DNA from: Chiloscyllium plagiosum | Lineage: Eukaryota | Reading direction: 5' to 3' | Length of the DNA: 64,000 bases | NCBI RefSeq assembly: GCF_004010195.1 | Contig: NC_057718.1 | Coordinates: 78,846,016-78,910,015, forward strand | In this document: one piece after another, positions 1 to 11,893 of the stretch | Layout of the letters: each line of letters starts with the position of its first letter | Numbering within the stretch: the first letter of the stretch is position 1 | Notes under the pieces: generated by a model | What the model saw: only the letters and a program-made list of their open reading frames with translations | Databases searched by the model: none | What the model was told of the DNA's origin: nothing | Made by a program: the position numbers and the translations under genes

Positions 1-195
1 CCCAATATACCGGCCACTACTGCGGACAGCTGAAACTGACAACCGGAAGTGGCAGGGACAGGCCACTATAAATGCCGGAGGAAACACCACAGAAGCGCTT
101 CACAGGAGGCTCCCAAGCACTGAGGATGTCACCTAGACAGGGGACGAAACGTTTGCAACAAAAACTTCCAGCTCGGCGCACAGAACCACAACAGC
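1..195 (+). mobile_element. Penelope-like element, family 1 (Poseidon/Penelope type), 3' end/pLTR fragment with hammerhead motif
   Basis: Close match to the arms at 9077-9292 and 9555-9744, which adjoin GIY-YIG C-terminal coding sequence. Truncated by the window edge. Confidence 0.8.
117..156 (+). ncRNA. Minimal type I hammerhead ribozyme motif (PLE family 1)
   Basis: GCA-CTGAGGA-T-GTCACCT(AGAC)AGGGGAC-GAAAC-GTT-TGC. It has the core CUGANGA/GAAA, a 7-bp stem II with one mismatch, a 3-bp stem I (GCA/TGC) and a palindromic ACGT stem III. Confidence 0.7.
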
Positions 196-197
196 AG

Positions 198-2190
198 TGT
201 CCTTAAATAAGTAGCTGGTGAGATAGCAGATCTATTTGCTAAGAAACATCCTATCAGATTACAAAATAACAAAGAAAGGAGGGAGACAGAAAGCAAGAAA
301 TCACAGGCCAATTAGTTTAGCATCTGTCATATTTTGAAATTCCTGCAATCTATAATTAAGGTGGCTATTACTTAGAAAAGATCAATGCAATCTTTCAGAA
401 TCAACTTGGTTTCATTAGAGGGAAATCATATTTAACAAATTTATTAAAGTTCTTTGTGGAAGTAACAAGCAATGTGGATAATGGGGAATCTGTGATTTCC
501 AGAAGACATTTGATAAAGTGTCATATCAAAGGTTATGACATAAAGTAAGAGTTCAGTTTAACTTTGGTTGTGGAAGTTCTAGAAACAATCCCTGAGACAA
601 AATGAATAGGTGCACAGACAATGTGGATTTACTAAAGAAAGCTAGCATGGAATTCCTAATGAAAAATCATATTTAAATAATTTACTGAAGGTATTGAAAA
701 GGTAACAGGGAAAATTGATGGAGTAATGCTGTTGATGTGATGTACATAGACCTCCAAAAGGCATTTAATACAAGGCCACACAACAGACTTGTGAACAAAG
801 TTACAGCTCATGGAGTGAAGGATCAGTAGCTACATGGATTCTGAATTAGCTGAGTAACAGGAAGCACATAATTATGGTTAATGGATGTCTTTTGGCCTGG
901 AGGAAAGTTTGTAATGTAGTTTCCCAGGGGTTAATGGCGGATCCATGCTTTTCCTGATCTGTAATATTGACCCAGAGCTTGGTCACAGGGCACAATTTCA
1001 AAATTTGCAGATGATAGAAAACTTGGAAGCAATTGTGAACTATGATGAGGATAGCATAAAACTTCAAAACAGCATAGGCACATTACTGGAATGATTGGAC
1101 AGTTAACAGATGACTTTCATGTGAAATGTGAAGTAATCCTATCTGTTAGGATAAACATGGAGTGACAATGGAAAGTAAAGGGCATAATTCAAAATTCAAA
1201 AGAAAATTCAGGTTTAGCTTCATGGGCGTATATCTGCATAGGTTGAGAGAGCAGTTTGTAACACATATTGGCTTTAGAAATAGGGGATATACAAGGGCAA
1301 GGAAGTTAATGTTGAGCTTACAGGAGACAAAATTCACCCTTAGCTGGAGTATTGCATATAGTTCTGGGCTTCACATTTTAGGTCAGATACAAAGACATTG
1401 GAGAGGTGAATTAAAGATTTATGAGAATTGTTCAAAGAATGAGTAACTTCCTTTATGAAAATAGACTGGAGATGTCAGATCTATACTCCTTGAGAAGAGA
1501 AGGCCTCTTGACTGAGGCATTCAAAATCATGAAGGGGCTAAAACGTAGGAAGAAACTAAGGTGGGTGCAGAAGAAATTCACCAAGATGTTGCTTGGGTTG
1601 GAACAATTTAGCTTTGAAGATCGACTAGATAGACTCAGGTTGTTTTCCTTACAGCAGAGAAGGTTGATGGGGAACCTAATTGAGGTGTGAAAAGTTCTGA
1701 GGGGCGAGGATTGGTAGATAGGGAGGAGTCAATAACTACAGGGTCTAGATTTAAGCAAACGTGCAGCAGATTTAAAGGGATTTTAAGGAGGAATATTTTC
1801 ACCCAGAGGGTGATGGTTTTCTGGAACCCACTGCCTGAGAGGAAGGTGGAGGAAGGAACCATCACAACATTTCAGAAATTAGCTGAGTGCTTAAAACACT
1901 ATAGCATTCAATGCAACAGCCCATGTGTTGGGAAATGGGACTAGAATAGATAGATGGCTGATAATTGGCATGAATATGATGGGCTGAAAGGTCTCTTTCC
2001 TTGCTGTAAAGCACAATGGCTCTATAAGTTGGGTCTGTATCCATTTAAAGTTTAAAAGAATGAGAGGCAATCTTATTGAAACATATGTGATTCTGAATGC
2101 ATTTGTCAGGGTGAGACAAACTTGGTTTATGTTACAATTTTGAAATAATGAGTCTCCCATTTGAGTTGGAGATGAGGAGAATTGTTTCCT
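198..2190 (+). mobile_element. Cluster of old, degraded CR1 LINE ORF2 (RT and 3') fragments
   Basis: Remnants of the QHGF..GKSCLTNL, DFQKAFDKV, KFADD and QRRFT/LRGDLIE motifs, with many stops and frameshifts. Confidence 0.8.
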
Positions 2191-2199
2191 CCCCTAGCC

Positions 2200-2395
2200 C
2201 CATTTCCCTAGTCCCAACATATCCCCATGACCTAAAACTTATGGTTTAGTCATTGCTGTTTGTGGGAACCTGTTGAGCTCAAGTCGATTGATGTCTTTCC
2301 TGGATTATAATCATGACTAGATTTCAAAAATTCTGAATTGCCTGTAACATGTCACAACACGCTGATATCCTGGAGCGTGATATACAAGTCTTTCC
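2200..2395 (+). mobile_element. Old DeuSINE-like (SacSINE1-type) SINE remnant
   Basis: cattgctgtttgtggg...ttgcctgtaa...atacaagtctttc resembles the Deu-domain/tail consensus as recalled. Similar remnants occur at 27860-28840. Confidence 0.45.
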
Positions 2396-2632
2396 TATGT
2401 ACAGTAACTGACAGGAAATTTATTCTGTGTTTTTCTTCCATAAATACTTTAGTTTCAATGTTCACTCAAGCTTAACTGTTTGTGAATTCTACATTTCTTG
2501 CCATCTGTTAGGGGGCTAACTATTTTTACTGGGATGTCAGAAAATATACAGCATAGTTGTTCCTTTGTCAGGCCCTTTGAATGAGTTATCCACTTCCTAT
2601 TTGAAAGTGATTGTTGAAGTGATCACTGACAT

Positions 2633-3320
2633 CATAAAGCCATAAGACATAGGAGCAGAAATTAGGCCATTCAGCCCATCGAGTCTGCTCTGCCATTCAA
2701 TCAGGGCTGATAAGTTTCTCAACCCCGTTCTCCCGCTTTCTTCCCATAACCCTTGATCCCCTTGATACTCAAGAACCTATCTATCTCAGTCTTAAATATA
2801 CCCAATGACCTGGCCTCCATAAATTCACCACTCCCTGGCTGAAGATTTTTTCCCCAGCTCCATTTTAAAAGGTCTTCTGTTTATCCTTCTGTCCTAGTCT
2901 CTCCTGCCAATGGAAACATCTTCCCAACTTCTACTCTGTGCAGGCCATTCAGTATTCTGTAAGTTTCATTTAGATCTCCCCTCATCCTTCTAAACTCCAG
3001 CAAGTATAAATCCAGGGTCCTCAAACATTCCTTGTATGTTAAACTTTTCATTCCTGGGACCACTCTCGTGAACCTCCACTGAACCAGAGCCAGTACATCC
3101 CTCCTGAGATATGGGGCCCAAAACTGTACACAATACTCCAAATGTGTCTGACCAGAGCTTTATAGAGCCTCAGAAGTACACCCCTGCTTTTATATTCAAG
3201 TCCTCTCAAGATAAATGTCATCATTGCATTTGCCTTCCTAACTACTGACTCAACCTGCAAGGTTACCTTGAGAGAATCTTGGACTAGAATTTCCAAGTCT
3301 TTTTGTACTTCATCCTTTTT
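2633..3320 (-). mobile_element. CR1 LINE 3' fragment
   Basis: ORFs EYCVQFWAPYLRRD..QWRFTR..RRMRGDL and LLRLYKALVR, plus the 3' tail (cataagacataggagcaga on +). Confidence 0.9.
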
Positions 3321-3435
3321 CATACAGCATTCTAGATTATAGCAACAACTGCATAAAAACATTTCTCCTTACCATTTTTCTGGCTCTTTTGCCAATCGTT
3401 TTGAATCTTTGTCCTGTGACAACTGATTCTCCAGT

Positions 3436-4260
3436 CACAGAGTCACAGAGTCATAGAATAATACAGCATAGAAACAGGCCTTCAGCCCAGAGTGGTCTAT
3501 GCTGACCATGGTGCCCATTCAGCTAGTTCCAATTGCCTGCATTTGGTCCATATCCCTCCAACCTTTCCCATCCATGTACCTACCCAAATGTTTTTTATAT
3601 GTTGCCATTTTCTCTGGCAGTCCATTCAGTATAGAATCCATCTACCAGGCCCACTGTCAAGGAAAGGCCGCCAGCATTCTCAAAGTTCCTTTTCACCCTG
3701 GCAATGTTTTTCTACGACCTCTACCATCAGGGAGAAGGTACAGAAGCCTGAACATACGCACCAGCCGGTTTCAAAACAGTTTCTACCCTACTGTTGTTAG
3801 AATACTGAATGGACTAACTAACTTTTAACCTTCGCCTGTACCTGTGTTTTTGGTTTTGCCACTGTTTACCTATTATTTACTTATGTATGCTATTTAATTC
3901 TGTGATTAGACAAATTCACAGACAAAGCTTTTCACTGTGCCTCGGTACACATGACAATATACTCAATTCAATTCAATTATACGCACTACTCTCTCTATGA
4001 AGAAGTTGCACCTCAGGTCTTTCTTAAATCTTTCCCCTCTCACCTTAAATCTATGTCCTCTAGTTTTTAAATCCCCATACCTGAGAATATGCATTCATCC
4101 TTTTTATGCCCCTCAAGATTTAATACGCCTCAATAAAGTCACCTTTCATTCTCCTATGTTCCAAGGAATAAAGTCCTATCCTGGCCGACCTTTTCCTATA
4201 ACACAGGCCTGCTAATCCTGGCAACATTCTCGTAAATCTTCTTTGCATGCTTTCCAATTT
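3436..4260 (-). mobile_element. CR1 LINE 3' fragment interrupted by a Rex1-like insertion
   Basis: QRRFTRMLPGL..GLYSLEHRRMKGDFIE, with an (agtcacag)n tail at 3436-3455. Confidence 0.85.
3628..3978 (+). mobile_element. Rex1/Babar-like LINE 3' end
   Basis: HPGNVFLRPLPSGRRYRSLNIRTSRFQNSFYPTVVRILN, a C-terminus typical of Rex1. It has a (caatt)n tail and splits the surrounding CR1. Confidence 0.8.
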
Positions 4261-4616
4261 AGAGTGGAATAATTTTTGCCCTATATTTTTAAACAGTGCT
4301 ATTAAATTTTCTGATAATCTTCTTTGCTGTAAGGGGAACAATCTTAGCCCCTCCTGTTTCTCCAAGCATTTTTTTAAAATATAATCAACTGGCTGTGGTT
4401 TGATTTAATACCTTTTTTTTAACATTTTATACATTGTGAGAAAATAGATTAAGTATAACAAATGGTGGACAATCTGTATGTCCATAAAGTAAACAAATTA
4501 GAGAAAAGAACATTGAAGTATATTTGCCATTGACTTCATTTGTTATATTTTACAATGTTGTTTGTCCTTTACCCTGTGATAAGTTGAACATTTTAATGAA
4601 GAAGATTAAAACTAAC

Positions 4617-4731
4617 TTTGGTCTGTGTGGTATGTTGCTGTCCCATCTTTGACAGGTTCTTCCAGAAGCGGTTTTTGTTATGGTTCCTCTGTAGTCGACA
4701 CCATTGCCTGACTTGCATTCCAAAATAAAAG
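4617..4731 (-). CDS. PLG: Internal exon encoding the first half of kringle 1 of plasminogen or a plasminogen-like protein: (A)FILECKSGNGVDYRGTITKTASGRTCQRWDSNIPHRP(K/N)
   Basis: Strong minus-strand acceptor tttattttcttcctccttAG and donor AA|GTTAGT. The exon is 115 nt with phase 1 to 2 and no stops. The translation has the kringle pattern C-x2-GNG-x2-YRG-T-x2-KT-x-SG-x-TCQ-x-W-x4-PH. By recall it resembles plasminogen K1 ([39 protein letters not shown]) more than HGF/MST1 K1, and the size and phases match the PLG K1a exon. Orthology to PLG versus a paralog is not established. Confidence 0.9.
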
Positions 4732-5714
4732 CTAAGGAGGAAGAAAATAAAGGTTCTAGTAAATTTTGCAGCTTTTAAATAATTTTATACAGGGGATTTA
4801 AAGCAGCAACATCAATCTAAAACAATCCAGACCTTCCTTTCATTCCAACACCCTTTCTTTCCCCTTTCTTCACTGTCACTGCCCTTCATTCATAGAGTTG
4901 CATAGTTCATGCCCAATATCAGACTAAAGGGACCTTTATACAAGTATCAATGTGGCATTGATGTGGGGAGGATATTAAACAATGGAAAACATAAATGAGC
5001 CCAGTACTGTTTTCTGGCAGCAGTGAGATTGGGAATCCTTGCTAGAATCCTGGGGCCAGGTATGTTAAGTGTTGGCTAATCACTGCCTTCGCTGCATAGG
5101 AAGCTAATCATTTAACACACCAATCAGCTTGTCAAGGGCTGACCAACAAAACTACTTGGCCTTTTTCAGATTTCAACATTAGTATCCCACTCCATCAGAA
5201 GCTGCTAGACAATTAGAGAACTGCAGCTTTTAGTTCCTACAGATCATGGATCAAGGCTAATTCTACAGGTGATCCAACAGCGAGAAACTAGATTTCTTGC
5301 TTTTCACAAGATGGAGGTCACATGGCTGGCATTCAGAGGCTATCAAAAGCTACCCCTTTTTCCCAATGTCCATGCCTGTAATTACCCCAGACTGGGACAA
5401 TTGGTGGTCCCTCCCCAACATGGCAGGTGGATCGCACTAGTCAGGAAAGCAATGACTTTTCTCTCTTGCCAAGCAGGCAGGTAATCACGGAGGTGAAATG
5501 TTGAGGCCCTTAAGTAACCTTTATTGACTACTGAAGGGCTTCAATTGCCTGAATGAGTCAATAAAGTCTCCAATGGACCTTCTTGCCCACAAATAACTTA
5601 GTGAGGTGGCTAAAAGGGGGTGAGTATCTTTCAGGATGCTAATGCCTGATTACTTCCTTTTCTTACTACCTCCAGGGAGAGGAAAATTGTATCCATAGAT
5701 TTTTTTCTTCAGCT

Positions 5715-6030
5715 CTCACGGGAGGTACGTTTCACTGACATATTTGTTGCCCATCAACAATGTCCTTGAACCGAATGGTCAGCTCAATAGTTTTGTAGGT
5801 CTCAAGTCATATGTTGGTCAGAACAGGTGATACCAGTCAATTTCCATTGCTAAAGAGCATTAGTGAACCAGTTGGGTTGTTACAGCCATTAAGGATGGTT
5901 TCGTGGTCACCATTAGTGGGGTTTGTTTCAAATCCAGACTTTATTAATTAAAGTTCCAATCGAGTGGCCAAGATAAGGTTTGGGCCTAAGCATCTTAATT
6001 GAACCTGGGCCTTAGGATTATCATTCTAGC
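5715..6030 (-). mobile_element. Old tRNA-derived SINE remnant (same family as 48200-48790)
   Basis: Reverse-complement similarity to 48200-48450 (gtgaaccag.tgggtt..., cattagtgaac). Confidence 0.45.
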
Positions 6031-7322
6031 ATCATCATCAAGATTTCCAGTTCACTAGAAATAAATGTTTGTGGTATCATCACTATGAGTTTATCAGGGA
6101 AAAAATAATTTACAATTACATGCAAGCAAAGTTCTATGAACTTTATAATGTCATGGAATATCCTAAGGGAGAGCAAAACTGCAAGGTGATTGAGGAAAAC
6201 AGTCTGAAAATGTCCTCTCTAATCCCTTAGGTGATTAAAACTAGACTAAGAGACCAGTCTACTCAATGGTTATATTATAGTATTGCCCAACTCTGATTGA
6301 AGGAGATCACTACTCCAACCTGAAACAGGTCCAGTGCAGAAATTCTAATTGGCAATTTTCTTGGTGCTTTCACTATATGAAACCTGCAATTATCACACTG
6401 AGTCAAACTGTCTTGGATCCCATTGGTTAAACTGTTGGAACTAATAAATAAAAGTGTTTGTATGTTTAAAAATATTATACATTTTTTCAGTGCTCCTGTG
6501 AGTTTTTTTTGTGTATTGCAAGTTCTGGAGAATCTAAGACAATTGTAGATGTTTAGCATCACTAACCTTTGCTTGAGGGAATTCAGTGAAACAATATTCA
6601 TCACAAAAAAGATGCATTATTGTCCAGGAAAAGCAAAACTTTTTCTCATGCAACCTATACCCTTCATAAGAGTGATCCCAGGTCCCTAAACTGTAGGGTA
6701 AAATAATAACTCCACATAAACAAAACCAAGTGCGTAGATAATTGTCATTCATTTTCATGGAAGGATTGATAATAATGGAATTGAATAGCTGGTGTTTAAC
6801 AGGCCAACAAATCCAACACCCATTTTGTGCTACTTCCCAATATGAATTTCTAGCCTATTACTGCAACTTGTTTTAACTTCACCCTCTCCAGCCTGTTGCT
6901 GCTGTTCTGACTCAGTCCCAAGCCTCTGGCGTTCACATTCTCCATTTCACCATCGAATCACTAATAACAACATGGGATGAACGCTGCCTCTAGTTTCTTT
7001 CTTTGAGGATTGCTTTTGTGGGCAATTTCAAATGAATTGAGCATTTCACCATGCCCCCAGTTGCATCCCATCATTGATATAGTGCTGTAAAGCCAACCCT
7101 TGGCCTAGAATCATACACCATACCTAATAAAACAGTTATCTTTATTGTGTAAGGAAAACTCCAGTGGGAATTAAACCATAATCAATCATTTTAACTTAAG
7201 TAGGAATCAATCCAAAATAAATGATCTCAGTCAGGTGCCCTGATAACTGGTGCCCTTTATGGTGGGGTTAATATTGAGATCATGGGATTCAAGGACAAAA
7301 TGGCAGTTGGTGCATTTTAAAG

Positions 7323-7470
7323 TTAAAAATGACACAAACACCAGGTTACCTGATGTAGGGCAGCACTCTGAAAACTAGTGCTTCCAAATAAACCTATTGG
7401 ACTATAACCTGATGTTGTGTCATTTGTAACTTTGTCCACCCTAGTCCAACACCGGAACTTCTACATCACA
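7323..7470 (+). mobile_element. Miniature Penelope-like insertion, family 3, with short inverted arm and decayed hammerhead
   Basis: Direct repeat GTGCATTTTAAAG at 7310-7322 and 7471-7483. The segment 7320-7348 is the reverse complement of about 7405-7432. Degenerate core CTGATGT-AGGGCAGCACTCT-GAAAACTA-GTG at 7350-7380. Confidence 0.7.
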
Positions 7471-9076
7471 GTGCATTTTAAAGCATTTTTTTAAAAAAGA
7501 GCAGCTTCCTGGTCATTGGGTATCAACCTGGCCAGTGGGAAAGAGTCATTCATAAAATTTAAGGGATTACCATTAAGAGTTTAATGGTTGACAAGGCCCA
7601 CAACCTCTTTCAATTAAGTCTACTGTATTCACTGCTCACAATGCACCAATGTCTTTCCAACTCTGTTTCTTAAAGTTTTATTATCTCTTTACTTAAGAAG
7701 CAAAACTAAAGAGAGACAGACTTTCAGATTTGGGCAAAAGGCTTGGGGAATTTGAGTGCAATTATTAACCAGTGACGACCTGATCATGATTAAACATGAT
7801 AAAGTAGACTCCTGGTGGGCACTAAAAAGTAGCAGCATATTTCACAGAAATTAATTCAGACGAAAATCTTTCAGGGAATGGTTAGAAATGGACATTTAGA
7901 TTAATCTTGAATACTGTATTGAGAATTCTGGCAGAATCACAATTACCTTTACAGAATAAACAGGAGAGAGATCTCGGTGTTCTTTTCCATCAAAATAAAG
8001 GCCTCAATTTTTGCCACATTAGAGAATATTTCAGTTACTGGAAGAAGTTGAGAACCTAAGTCCTGCCCTCAAACACAGCATGTCTAATGGGATGAATTGT
8101 ATTTCAAGCATGTCTGGTTCCCAGAGCGCGATGGACAATTAAATGACAAACTGCCTACACAAAAATCAGATTCTGGCATTCCTTGTGACTGCAACCTGGG
8201 GTGTGAAGACTAGGCCAAGTAAAAGGTCTGTTCTTTGTGTGGTTTCGTTTGACTAGCTAGTGTCCCCCTTTAGAAAGCTGAGATACCCCTGTAGATAGGG
8301 TCTCAGACCAATTTTGGAAAGGGAAACAGGTAAATATTTATAGGGAGTCAGGTGCTGTTTGGGACTGTTACCTATGGAGAAGATTGTGTGTAAATGATGC
8401 ATAAACCCCTTGGAACCAGATAATTTGTTAACACTTCACAAGCATCAACAAGTGTCATAAAGTTTCAAGAAGTGCAAGAATGTGTCTTTAGGAATGACAG
8501 TGCTTACCTCAATAGAGTGTAGGCCCTATGTTTTTCTCCTATGTTCATGAGTAATTGTGAATACCCAATGGGTTGTCATGGTAAGTGAAAGGGGAAGACG
8601 TGTGGATAGTGGTATGTGTTAAGTTAACGTAGAGACATGAGGAACCATGGGAGATAGGTAGACAGCATTCAGTTTTATGGGCTGTCATAGATGGCCATAG
8701 AGAGTGTAAGGAGGTGACGGTGAGTAAAGGGCGATCAATGGCTGGGAGATTGCTTGATATTTCTTCCTTTTTATTGTATGTATTGTTTCTTGGAGCAATA
8801 TGTTTTGGAACCAACCAGGGAGCAGGTTGCGTAATGAGGAGAGATTAATTGATGACATCATAGCTAAGTATCCTCTCGGGAGTAGTGACCATAGTATGAT
8901 AGAATTCAAAATTCAGTTTGGGGTGAGGAATTGGAGTCCTTCAGTAGTGTTCTGGAATTAAATAAAGGAAATTATAAAGGCATGAGGACAGATTTGGCCT
9001 GAGTAGATTGGGCAGGAAGGCTAAATGGTAAGACAGCAGATGAGCAATAGTAGATGTTTAAGGACCTATTCAATTC

Positions 9077-9744
9077 AAGGTTTGTGAGAAAATTTGTAGC
9101 TCGGGTGCTCGTTGTTGTGGTTCTGTTCGCCAAGCTGGGAATTTGTGTTGCAGACATTTCGTCCCCTGTCTAGGTGACATCCTCAGTGCTTAGGAGCCTC
9201 CTGTGAAGCACTTCTGTGATCTTTCCTCCGGCATTTGTAGTGGTTTGAATCTGCCGCTTCCGGTTGTCAGTTCCAGCTGTCCGTTGCAGTGGNNNNNNNN
9301 NNNNNNNNNNNNNNNNNNNNNNNNNNNNNNNNNNNNNNNNNNNNNNNNNNNNNNNNNNNNNNNNNNNNNNNNNNNNNNNNNNNNNNNNNNNNNNNNNNNN
9401 NNNNNNNNNNNNGGTCCTTCGTTCTGGTGAGTTGTTGTCTGAGAGTGGCTGAGAGCATCCATTATCGGACAAGCCAAACAGAGAACAGCCAGGGAATTCC
9501 TAGAGGCATGGCATTCATCCACAGATTCAGTCAATAAGCACATCAACCTGGACCCAAAATACCGACCACTGCAATGGACAGCTGGAACTGACAACCGGAA
9601 GCGGCAGATTCAAACCACTACAAATGCTGGAGGAAAGATCACAGAAGCGCTTCACAGGAGGCTCCCAAGCACTGAGGATGTCACCTAGACAAGGGATGAA
9701 ACATCTGCAACACAAATTCCCAGCTCGGTGAACAGAACCACAAC
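9077..9744. mobile_element. Fold-back Penelope-like element, family 1 (inverted arms, GIY-YIG C-terminal remnant), contains an N-gap
   Basis: 9110-9292 is the reverse complement of about 9565-9744. The + arm encodes IIGQAKQRTAREFLEAWHSSTDSVNKHINLDPKY and the - arm encodes ATLRQQLTRTKD. TSD GACCTATTCAATTC (9063-9076) / GACCTACTTAATTC (9745-9758). Hammerhead motifs at 9150-9189 (-) and 9669-9708 (+). Confidence 0.85.
9293..9412. other. Assembly gap (120 N)
   Basis: Run of n inside a fold-back PLE. Confidence 1.
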
Positions 9745-10549
9745 GACCTACTTAATTCCTCACAACTGGACGATTTGGAAACTTTCAAACATAAATAAAA
9801 GGATACTGAAAAATTAATAAAAAGAGAAGGTTCAAAACGTGACTTAATCTTGGGAAATAAGGCAGGGCAGGTGACTGAGGTGTCAGTGGGGGAGCACTTT
9901 GGGGCCAGCGACCATAATTCCATTAGATTTAAAATAGTGATGGAAAAGGATAGACCAGATTGAAAAGTTGAAGTTCTAATTTGGAGAAAGGTCAATTTTG
10001 ATGGTATTAGGCAAGAACTATCAAAAGCTGATTGGGTGCAGATGATCACAGGTAAAGGGACGGCTGGAAAATGGGAAGCCTTCAGAAATAGGATAACAAG
10101 AATCCAGAGGAAGTATATTCCTGTTAGGGTGAAAAGAAAAGATGGTAGATATAGGGAAACCTGGATGACTAAAGAAATTGAGGGTTTGGTTAAGAAAAAG
10201 AAGGAAGCATATGTAAGGTATAGACATGATAGATCGAGTGAATCCTTAGACGAGTATAAAGGCAGTATGAGCATACTTAAGAGGGAAATCAGGAGGGCAA
10301 AAAGGGGACATGAGATAGTTTTGGCAAATAGAATCCAAAGGGTTTTTACAAATACATTACGAACAAAAGGTTAACTAGGGAGAGAATAGGCCCCCACAAA
10401 GATCAGCAAGACGGAGATACTAAACAAGTATTTTGCATCAGTATTTACTGTGGAAAAGGATATGGAAGATATAGAATGTAGGGAAATAGATCGTGACACC
10501 TTGCAAAATGTCCAAATTACAGAGGACGAAGGACTGGATGTCTTCAAAC

Positions 10550-10880
10550 GGGCAGCACGGTAGCACAGTGGTTAGCACTGCTGCCTCACAATGTCAGAGA
10601 CCCGGGTTCAATTCCCACCTCAGGCAACTGTCTGTGTGGAGTTTGCACATTCTCCCCGTGCCTGCGTGGGTTTTCTCCGGGTACTCTAGTTTCCTCCCAC
10701 AGTCCAAAAATGTGCAGGTTAGGTGAATTGGCCATGCTAAATTGCTTGTAGTGTTAGGTGAAGGGGTAAATGTAGGGGAATGGGTCTGGGTGAGTTGCTC
10801 TTCGGAGGGTCGGTGTGGACTAGTTGGGCCAAAGGGCCTGTTTCCACACTGTAAGTAATGTAAATAAGTAATCTAAATCT
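10550..10880 (+). mobile_element. HE1-type V-SINE
   Basis: tRNA-like head (A box tagcacagtgg, B box ggttcaattcc), V-domain (tgtgtggagtttgcacattctcccc) and a CR1-derived tail with (taatc)n. Inserted into CR1. Confidence 0.9.
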
Positions 10881-11686
10881 AAGCATAAAGGTGGATAAAT
10901 CCCCAGGACCTAATCAGGTGAACTCTAGAACTCTGTGGGAGGCTAGAGAAGTGATTGCTGGGTCTCTTGCTGAGATATTTGTATCATCGATAGTCACAGG
11001 TGAGAAGCCGGAAGACTTGGCTAAAGCGGTAGCACTGTTTACGAGGGGTGGTAAGGACAAGCCAGGGAACTATAGACCAGTGAGCCTGACCTCGGTGGTG
11101 GGCAAGTTGTCGGAGTGAATCCTGAGGGACAGGATGTACATGTATATGGAAAGGCATGGACTAATTTGGGATAGTCAACATGGTTATGTGCATGGGAAAT
11201 CATGTCTCATGAACTTGATAGAGTTTTTTGAAGAAGTAACAAAGAGAATATATGAGGGCAGAGTGGTAGATGTGATCTATATGGACTTCAGTAAGGCGTT
11301 CGACAAGGTTCCCCATGGGAGATTGGGTAACAGGGTTAGATCTCACGGAATACAGGGAGAACTTGCCATTACAGAACTGGCTCAAAGGTAGAACAGAGGG
11401 TGGTGGTGGAGGTACGGTTGGTAAGTTTGCAGATTACACCAAAATTGGAGGTGTAATGGACAGCAAAGAAGGTTACCTCAGATTACAACAGGATCTTGAC
11501 CAGATGGGCTGAGAAGTATTTACTGTGGAAAAGGATATGGAAGATATAGATTGTAGGGAAATAGATGGTGACATCTTGCAAAATGTCCAGATTACAGAGG
11601 AGGAAGTGCTGGATGTCTTGAAACAGTTTAAAATGGATAAATCCCCAGGACCTGATCATGTGTACCCGACAACTCTGTGGGAAGCT

Positions 11687-11794
11687 NNNNNNNNNNNNNN
11701 NNNNNNNNNNNNNNNNNNNNNNNNNNNNNNNNNNNNNNNNNNNNNNNNNNNNNNNNNNNNNNNNNNNNNNNNNNNNNNNNNNNNNNNNNNNNNN
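11687..11794. other. Assembly gap (108 N)
   Basis: Run of n between CR1 and PLE sequence. Confidence 1.
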
Positions 11795-11893
11795 TCAATT
11801 TTACTGCTCCTCGGATGCTGCCTGAACTGCAGTGCTCTTCCAGCACCACTAATCCAGAATCTGGTTTCCAGCATCTGCAGTCATTGTTTTTAC
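11795..11893 (+). mobile_element. Penelope-like family 2 terminal fragment adjoining the N-gap
   Basis: ctgctcctcggatgctgcctga...ttccagcaccact...cagcatctgcagtc, shared with other family 2 copies. Confidence 0.75.

Noticed and set aside
6384..6440. AG/GT-bounded 57-nt minus segment ending C-R in phase 2
   Set aside because: Weak donor (GTTTCA), no PAN similarity, and stops in the frames compatible with exon 1.
6534..6758. Minus ORF containing LHEKK, resembling the LFEKK end of the second PAN exon
   Set aside because: The nearest GT gives phase 2 rather than phase 1, and the upstream residues lack the PAN cysteine/AEN pattern.
10550..10625. tRNA-like A/B boxes
   Set aside because: These are SINE heads rather than tRNA genes: no complete cloverleaf, and followed by a V-domain.
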